From Isoptericola halotolerans (GTDB lineage Bacteria > Actinomycetota > Actinomycetes > Actinomycetales > Cellulomonadaceae): 64,000 nucleotides of DNA. Under the pieces are notes generated by a model. The model was given only the letters and a program-made list of their open reading frames with translations, had not been told where the DNA came from and searched no databases. Where the stretch lies: positions 124,001 to 188,000 of the forward strand of contig NZ_JABEZU010000002.1 in assembly GCF_013149785.1 (NCBI RefSeq). Reading direction: 5' to 3'. Below are positions 57,967 through 64,000 of this stretch, piece after piece (the stretch's first letter is position 1; every line of letters begins with the position of its first letter). The position numbers and the translations under genes were made by a program.

Positions 57967-58916
57967 CGCCCCCCGCCCCGTTCGGCGCCCGCCTGGACGA
58001 CGTCGTCGTCCGGTTCGGCAAGCAGCGCCGGATGTCCGCCGACGGGAACACGTTCAGGGAGGACGCCACCACCGCGCTCGACGGCGTGGGCCTCACCGTC
58101 CGGCCCGGCACCATCACCGGGATCCTCGGCCGCAACGGCGCCGGCAAGTCCACGATGCTCTCCCTGCTGGCCGCCTTCACCCGCCCCACCAGCGGCACCG
58201 TGCGGGTCGGTACCGAGGGCGCGCAGGAGGACCCGTGGGAGAACGCCTGGGTGACGTCCAACGTGCAGCTCGTGCGCGAGAGCGGAGACCTCCAGGACGA
58301 CGAGAAGCTCTCCGAGACGCTCAAGTACTACGCCGACCTGCGCCCGTACTGGGACGTGGACCTCGCCGGGCGACTGCTCGACATGTTCGAGGTCAGCCCG
58401 CGCAAGAAGCCCGCCGCGCTGTCCCGCGGCAAGAAGTCCGCCGTCGGAGCCACCATCGGCCTCGCCGCCCGCGCACCGCTGACGATCTTCGACGAGGTCT
58501 ACCTCGGGATGGACGCGCCGACGCGCTACGCCTTCTACGACGAGATCCTCGCCGACTACGCCGAGCACCCGCGCACCATCCTGCTGTCCAGCCACCTGGT
58601 CGAGGAGGTCGAGCGCCTCTTCGAGGACGTCGTCGTCCTCGACCGGGGGCGGGTGCTCCTCGCCGAGACCGCCGAGGAGATGGGCCGGCGCGGCTTCAGC
58701 CTGACCGGCCCCGCCTCCGCCGTCGAACGGCTCACCGGGGAGCGCCGCATCCTGCACCGCCAGCAGCTCGGTGCCACCGTGCAGGTCACGCTCGAGGGAG
58801 CCCCCGACGACGGCGAGGCCGCCACCGCACGCGACGCCGGCGTCGAGCTGGGGTCGCTCCCGCTGCAGGACCTGTTCGTCCGGCTGACGGACCCGGCGCG
58901 GAAGGGAACGTCATGA
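57963..58916 (+). CDS. ABC ATP-binding protein (YtrB-like)
   Basis: GRNGAGKS, LSRGKKS, IFDEVYLGMD, SSHL. Confidence 0.9.
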   Translation: MTPPAPFGARLDDVVVRFGKQRRMSADGNTFREDATTALDGVGLTVRPGTITGILGRNGAGKSTMLSLLAAFTRPTSGTVRVGTEGAQEDPWENAWVTSNVQLVRESGDLQDDEKLSETLKYYADLRPYWDVDLAGRLLDMFEVSPRKKPAALSRGKKSAVGATIGLAARAPLTIFDEVYLGMDAPTRYAFYDEILADYAEHPRTILLSSHLVEEVERLFEDVVVLDRGRVLLAETAEEMGRRGFSLTGPASAVERLTGERRILHRQQLGATVQVTLEGAPDDGEAATARDAGVELGSLPLQDLFVRLTDPARKGTS

Positions 58917-59665
58917 CCGACCGCAAGGTGCTCGCCGCCCAGGTCCAGCGACGTGCGGTCCGCCGTGTCACGCGGTCGATCGCGACCTCCGTCATCACCA
59001 TCGGCGCCGGCTTCTGGCTCGTCTACGCCGTCGTGGCCGTCGTCGTCCCCCTGCTCGTGCGCCGCGCCGGCAACGAGATGGAGCACGGCGTGCTCGCCAC
59101 GAGCGACTACATCGCCCGGTGGGTCGCCTTCGGCACCGCCATCGCGATGCTCGCCACCATCCTGGCGACCCACCTCGCCGCCGGTGGCACCCGGCGCGCA
59201 CTGCGCGACGGCGCGATCCGGGCCGCGGTGATCGCCGGGGTCGTCTACGCCGCGATCGGCGCGCTGGCCACCGTCGGTGAACGGGGACTGTTCGGAGCGC
59301 TCGGGTGGACGTGGCAACGAGCCGATGCGCTCACGACGGGCGACGGCGCGTTCGCCGTCGAGCTCGTCGCCGACACCTTCGCCACTGCGGTCTACGTGCT
59401 GGTCGGGTGCGCCGTCGTCGCCGGCTACCAGTCGCACGGCGGGTGGCGCGGCACCCTGCTCGTCGTCCCGGGACTCGTCCCGCTCGCTCTCGTCGACCTC
59501 GTCACAGCAGGTGGGAGCGGCCACGACGTCCTGGGCAACCTGGTGCAGATCCCGGCGTCGAGCGCAGTGGCGATCGGACTGGTGGGCGGAGCGGCCGCCG
59601 TCGTGCTCGCGGCCGGGTGGCTCCACCTGCACCTCCACTCCCTCCGACTCCGCCCGACGAGGTGA
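58913..59665 (+). CDS. ABC transporter permease (paralog A)
   Basis: About 6 TM helices; THLAAGGTRRAL; ATGA-coupled. Confidence 0.78.
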   Translation: MTDRKVLAAQVQRRAVRRVTRSIATSVITIGAGFWLVYAVVAVVVPLLVRRAGNEMEHGVLATSDYIARWVAFGTAIAMLATILATHLAAGGTRRALRDGAIRAAVIAGVVYAAIGALATVGERGLFGALGWTWQRADALTTGDGAFAVELVADTFATAVYVLVGCAVVAGYQSHGGWRGTLLVVPGLVPLALVDLVTAGGSGHDVLGNLVQIPASSAVAIGLVGGAAAVVLAAGWLHLHLHSLRLRPTR

Positions 59666-59670
59666 CCGCG

Positions 59671-60429
59671 ATGACCAGCGGGACGACGGCGGGCCTCGGT
59701 CCCGGCCCGCACGCCCGGGCGGTCGCGGCCGCCCGCCGGCGGTTCCTCCGTGTGCTGCTGCTGGCCGGAGCCTGGTTCTGGACCGGTTGGGCACTGATCG
59801 TGCTGAGCCTGCCCCTGATCGTCGCACGCTGGGGCGGGGTCGCGGACGGCCTCACCTACGACGCCGCCGGCAGCCCGGCGCGCTGGCCCGCGTTCGCCAT
59901 CGGCATCATCGCCACGGGCGCCCTGCTGCGCACCCACCTCGCCGCCGGGGGCACCCGCCGAGCGCTCGTCGAGGGCATCGCCCGCGCGGCGGTCCTCGGC
60001 GGCCTGGCCTTCGGGGTGGCGACCGTCCTGCTCACCCTCGCCGAGCGGGGGACGTTTGCCGCCCTCGACCGCCCGTGGCAGGGGGCTACCGGTGCCTTCG
60101 GCCTCGACGGACCTGCCGGCGTCGCCGGCACGGTCGCGGCCGAGTCCCTGGTCATCACCACCTATGCACTCGTCGGCGCCGCCGTGCTGGCCGGCTACCA
60201 GCGCTGGGGCGGGTTGCGCGGCACTCTCGCCATCGTGCCGCTGCTCGTCCCCGGCGTCCTCGCCGATCTCGCGACACGCACGGGCATCTTCAGCATCCCG
60301 CTGCGTGACGCGGCCGTCGGCCCCGTGCTCGGGACGGCGGTCGCGCTCGGGGGAGGAGCCCTCGCCGCGGTGCTGGCCGCTCTCGTCGCACACCACATGC
60401 TCCGCAGCGTCGTTCCTCGGCCTGCCTGA
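59671..60429 (+). CDS. ABC transporter permease (paralog B)
   Basis: About 6 TM helices; THLAAGGTRRAL and AGYQ..GG.RGTL shared with paralog A. Confidence 0.78.
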   Translation: MTSGTTAGLGPGPHARAVAAARRRFLRVLLLAGAWFWTGWALIVLSLPLIVARWGGVADGLTYDAAGSPARWPAFAIGIIATGALLRTHLAAGGTRRALVEGIARAAVLGGLAFGVATVLLTLAERGTFAALDRPWQGATGAFGLDGPAGVAGTVAAESLVITTYALVGAAVLAGYQRWGGLRGTLAIVPLLVPGVLADLATRTGIFSIPLRDAAVGPVLGTAVALGGGALAAVLAALVAHHMLRSVVPRPA

Positions 60430-60471
60430 CCACCTGATCGTCCGACCAACACCCACTGAAGGAGGCCCACC

Positions 60472-61458
60472 ATGGCCGACCCCGTCGTGGAGGTCACGCA
60501 CCTCCGCAAGACCTACGGTGACAAGGTCGCCGTCGACGACGTGTCGTTCACCGTCCAGCCCGGGGAGATCTTCGGGATCCTCGGCCCGAACGGCGCCGGC
60601 AAGACCACCACCGTCGAGACGCTCGCCGGCCTGCGGCACGCCGACGGCGGGACCGTGACCGTGCTGGGCCACGACACCCAGCGGGACCCCGCCGCCGTGA
60701 AGGACCTGCTGGGGGTCCAGCTGCAGGAGGCCACGCTGCACGACAAGATCACCGTCGGCGAGGTCCTGCATCTCTTCGCCGGCTTCTACTCCCGGCCCGC
60801 CGATCCCGGTGAGCTGCTGGACCTGCTCGACCTGACCGAGCACACCGACAAGCAGTTCGGACGCCTGTCCGGCGGTCAGAAGCAGCGGCTGTCGATCGCG
60901 CTGGCCCTGGTCGGCAACCCCGAGGTCGCCATCCTGGACGAGCTCACCACCGGCCTGGACCCGCAGGCCCGCCGCAGCACGTGGGAGCTCGTGGAACGGG
61001 TGCGAGCCACCGGTGTGACGATCCTGCTCGTCACCCACTTCATGGACGAGGCCGAGCGGCTCTGCGACCGGCTCGTCGTGATCGACGCCGGCCGCGTCGT
61101 CGCCGAGGGGACCCCCGCCGGTCTGATCGACGGCCTCGACGACGAACGCACCGTCGTCGTGCGGTTCGGCGCGGACGACGCCGGGCGCGCCCGGCAGCGG
61201 CTCGACCGGCTCGCCGCCGAGCACCACGACGTCGTGCGCGTCGAGGAGCTGGACGGCACGCCCGGCGAGATCGCCGTCTCCGGCACGCCCCGGGTGCTGT
61301 TCGCCGTCGTCCCGGCGTTGGCGGAGGCCGACCTCGTGCCCGAGGACGTCCGCACCGTCACGCGCACGCTCGAGGACGTCTTCCTCGCCGTCACCGGGCG
61401 CACCTACGCCCCGCAGGAGCCCGAGCCCGAGCTCACCACCGAAGGAGTCCGGTCATGA
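60472..61458 (+). CDS. ABC exporter ATP-binding protein
   Basis: GPNGAGKT, LSGGQKQRL, LDELTTGLDP, VTHFMDEA; AAGGAGG RBS. Confidence 0.93.
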   Translation: MADPVVEVTHLRKTYGDKVAVDDVSFTVQPGEIFGILGPNGAGKTTTVETLAGLRHADGGTVTVLGHDTQRDPAAVKDLLGVQLQEATLHDKITVGEVLHLFAGFYSRPADPGELLDLLDLTEHTDKQFGRLSGGQKQRLSIALALVGNPEVAILDELTTGLDPQARRSTWELVERVRATGVTILLVTHFMDEAERLCDRLVVIDAGRVVAEGTPAGLIDGLDDERTVVVRFGADDAGRARQRLDRLAAEHHDVVRVEELDGTPGEIAVSGTPRVLFAVVPALAEADLVPEDVRTVTRTLEDVFLAVTGRTYAPQEPEPELTTEGVRS

Positions 61459-62261
61459 CCACGACCACCGCCGCCCCCGCCCGCCGCCGGAGCTCCGGCT
61501 GGCACGGCTTCGGGCGCCTGCTGACCACCGAGACGAAGGTGTGGATGCGCGACTTCGCCTCGCCGTTCTTCGGGATCGTCTTCCCGACGATCATCCTGCT
61601 CGGCGTCGGGTTCTTCATCCCCGGGATGCGCGATCCCATCACCGACGCCCCACCCGACTCCGTCTGGTTCGGGCTCACCCCCATCGCCACGTTCCTGCCC
61701 ACCGTGCTCGCGATGGCCGTCGGCACCGCCTCGCTGACCGTGATGCCCGTGACCATCGCGACCTACCGGGAGAAGGGGGTGCTGCGGCGGATGTCGACCA
61801 CGCCGATGCGACCGCAGGGCATCGTCGCGAGCCACCTGATCATCAACATGGTCACCACGCTCGTGGGGATCGCTCTCGCGCTGGTCGTCGCCGAGCTCGC
61901 CTTCGGCGTGCCGGTGCCCTCGCAGCTGGGGGTGGTGCTGCTCGCGACGGCGCTGGGTCTGTCCTCCATGTTCGCGCTCGGCATGCTGGTCGCCGCGGTC
62001 GCCCCACGACCGTCGTCGGCGAACGCGATCGCGATGTCGCTGTACTTCCCGATGCTGCTCCTGGCCGGGCTGTGGACGCCGGGACCGATCATGCCCGACC
62101 TGTTGCGTGACATCGGCCAGTTCACCCCGCTCGGCGCTGCTGCCCAGGCGCTGACGACGGGCTGGTTCGAGGCCGGCTTCCCGACGCTGCAGATGGTGGT
62201 CATGGTCGTGTGGACGGCGGTGCTGCTCCCGCTCGCGATCCGGTTGTTCCGCTGGAGCTGA
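61455..62261 (+). CDS. ABC-2 type permease
   Basis: YREKGVLRRMSTTP, YFPMLLLAGLWTP, FTPLG, RLFRWS. Confidence 0.9.
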   Translation: MTTTTAAPARRRSSGWHGFGRLLTTETKVWMRDFASPFFGIVFPTIILLGVGFFIPGMRDPITDAPPDSVWFGLTPIATFLPTVLAMAVGTASLTVMPVTIATYREKGVLRRMSTTPMRPQGIVASHLIINMVTTLVGIALALVVAELAFGVPVPSQLGVVLLATALGLSSMFALGMLVAAVAPRPSSANAIAMSLYFPMLLLAGLWTPGPIMPDLLRDIGQFTPLGAAAQALTTGWFEAGFPTLQMVVMVVWTAVLLPLAIRLFRWS

Positions 62262-62386
62262 CACCACCCGGTGCCCTCGGAGGGCGGACCGGGACGTTCC
62301 TTCTGCCGGCGACCCGCGCCGAGCACGTCGCCGCGTCGTGCGCGGGCCGGAGACGCCCGCGCTGGCGTGGTACCGCCGTCCGGGGG

Positions 62387-62923
62387 TCAAACGGCGGTAG
62401 GCGCGGACGCCTCCCCGGCGTCGAAGACCGACATGATGACGGTCGCCGTGCTGGTGAACCCGACGGCGAGGGCGAGAAGGAGGGAAGGGACGAAGTCGCT
62501 CGGCGAGGGGATCCAGCCGCCGAGGATCCACGGCAGGACGACCAGGGTCACCACCGCGAGCGAGGTCAGGACCTCGTTCGCGGCGAGTGCGAGAGACTTC
62601 CTCGTCGCGCCCACCCTCACGATGCGACGGGACGTGTCGACGGTGGCGGCCACGAGCGCCGCCGCCAGCACCAGGAACGCGACAGCCGCCCAGACCGGCC
62701 CCACACCGACCAGGGCAAGAGCGACGATCAGGGGCAGGCTGTAGGCGGTGAGCACCCACCGGGCGCCCGCCCGCATGTACCGGTCCGACGTGCTGCCTGC
62801 GGCGCCGCGGGCCCGGTGCAGCGCCGAGTCGAGGTAGAAGAACACCGCCAGCATGAACATGCCGACAAGGGTCGCTGCGATGCCCGCGAGGGCGAGCAGG
62901 AAGGCATCGGTTGCTTCGGGCAC
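62387..62923 (-). CDS. Hypothetical membrane protein
   Basis: About 5 TM helices (LAGIAATLVG...); GAAGGAGG RBS before GTG. Confidence 0.78.
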   Translation of the reverse strand: MPEATDAFLLALAGIAATLVGMFMLAVFFYLDSALHRARGAAGSTSDRYMRAGARWVLTAYSLPLIVALALVGVGPVWAAVAFLVLAAALVAATVDTSRRIVRVGATRKSLALAANEVLTSLAVVTLVVLPWILGGWIPSPSDFVPSLLLALAVGFTSTATVIMSVFDAGEASAPTAV

Positions 62924-62986
62924 GATCGTTCACCTCCTTCTCCCGGCGCGCCTGGATCACGGCGGGCGCCGAGTGCCTGTCGTCAC

Positions 62987-63017
62987 ATTCAAGACCCTGT
63001 GGTCACCACGCGCTCAA
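62987..63017 (-). promoter_or_regulatory. Degenerate MerR-type promoter/operator copy 6
   Basis: Minus strand TTGAGCGCGT-GGTGACC-ACAGGG-TC-TTGAAT; same 6+19+6 geometry as copies 1-5. Confidence 0.55.
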
Positions 63018-63075
63018 GAGCTCACCGCTCTGTCGTCCGCGGCGGCTGGCGCAGGAATCGGCCTACGCTGCAAGG

Positions 63076-63822
63076 GTGAAGCCGTTCCTGCTCCTGGCGA
63101 CGCGCGCCGAGGACGTCGCCGCCGACGGCGAGTACGAGGCGTTCTGCCGGTACGGCGCCCTCGCACCCGACCAGCTCCACCGTGTCCGCCTCGAGGAGCG
63201 CCCGATGCCGCGGCTCGACCTCGACCGGTACTCCGGGATCATCGTCGGCGGCGGCCCGTTCAACTCCTCCGATCCTGACAGCGAGAAGTCGGACACCCAG
63301 CGGCGCGTGGAGCGTGAGTTCACGACGCTGCTCGACGAGGTCGTCGACCGTGACTTCCCCTTCCTCGGTGCCTGCTACGGCGTCGGCACCCTGGGGCAGT
63401 ACGCCGGGGGAGTGGTCGACCGGCTCTACGGCGAGGCGGTCGGCGTCGCCACCGTCGAGCTGACCCAGGAGGGCATGGCGGACCCGCTGCTCGCCGGGCT
63501 GCCCCCGGCGTTCGCCGCCTACGTCGGGCACAAGGAGGCCATGCGCGGTCTGCCACCCGGAGCCGTGCGGCTCGCGCTCTCGCCCCGGTCGCCCGTCCAG
63601 ATGTTCCGCCTGCGGTCCCACCTCTACGCCACCCAGTTCCACCCCGAGCTGGACCTCGCCGGACTCACCCAGCGGGTGCAGGTCTACCGCGACTACGGGT
63701 ACTTCGCCGCCGACGAGGCCGACGACGTCGTCACCCGGGCGGCAGCCCGCCCCGTCACCGCGCCGATGCGGGTCGTGCGCAACTTCGTCGACCGCTACGG
63801 GCACCGCCCCGACGGCGGATAG
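63076..63822 (+). CDS. Type 1 glutamine amidotransferase (GMP-synthase-like)
   Basis: MKPFLLLATR, GGGPFNSSD, FLGACYG (Cys nucleophile), GHKEA, TQFHPE; -10 TACGCT, leaderless. Confidence 0.9.
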   Translation: MKPFLLLATRAEDVAADGEYEAFCRYGALAPDQLHRVRLEERPMPRLDLDRYSGIIVGGGPFNSSDPDSEKSDTQRRVEREFTTLLDEVVDRDFPFLGACYGVGTLGQYAGGVVDRLYGEAVGVATVELTQEGMADPLLAGLPPAFAAYVGHKEAMRGLPPGAVRLALSPRSPVQMFRLRSHLYATQFHPELDLAGLTQRVQVYRDYGYFAADEADDVVTRAAARPVTAPMRVVRNFVDRYGHRPDGG

Positions 63823-63831
63823 GGTCGCGGC

Positions 63832-64000
63832 ATGCCGATCCCCGACCACGTCGCCTCTCTGCGCACCCGCGTCGGCACCGACCTGCTGTGGCTGCCGGGC
63901 GTGAGCGCGGTCGTGCGCGACGGCGACCACCGGCTGCTGCTCGGGCGGCGCACCGACAACGGCCGCTGGGCCCTGCCGAGCGGCATCCTGGACCCGGGCG
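63832..64000 (+). CDS. NUDIX hydrolase, 5' part (runs off the window)
   Basis: MPIPDHVASLRTRVGTDLLWLPGVSAVV...RRTDNGRWALPSGILDPG. Confidence 0.85.
   Translation, partial: MPIPDHVASLRTRVGTDLLWLPGVSAVVRDGDHRLLLGRRTDNGRWALPSGILDPG

Overview
High-GC actinobacterial chromosomal window, probably Micrococcales; the genus cannot be determined from sequence alone. The core backbone is tRNA-Ser(GGA), ffs (SRP RNA), dnaX, recR, DUF5063, ask and asd. It is interrupted by large accessory blocks with no integrase or transposase. These carry a MetQNI ABC importer with a candidate leader peptide, a LysR/EamA pair, a MarR/LLM/F420-reductase-like cluster and a ~15 kb MerR/LAL-LuxR region (hydrolases, GNAT, glutaminase, GPP34, AhpD-like, pirin). 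They also carry several ABC exporters, a DesK/DesR-like two-component system, an Fe3+ ABC importer preceded by an IdeR-type box, a Fic gene, a DUF6318 lipoprotein pair and a YtrA-type operon. The strongest unexplained signal is a 31-bp MerR-type promoter/operator, TTGAC(C/T)(G/C)TGT-N7-ACAC(GG)-N2-T..R.T. It occurs five times at 14.9-28.3 kb, plus a degenerate copy at 63 kb, around two paralogous MerR genes, suggesting a dispersed local regulon. Other candidates are a structured leader RNA at 4.7 kb, a Cys/Met leader peptide before metQ, a tandem SD+GTG repeat and an extreme C/A strand skew in the DUF6318 partner gene. Product calls come from reading motifs by eye; no database searches were run.
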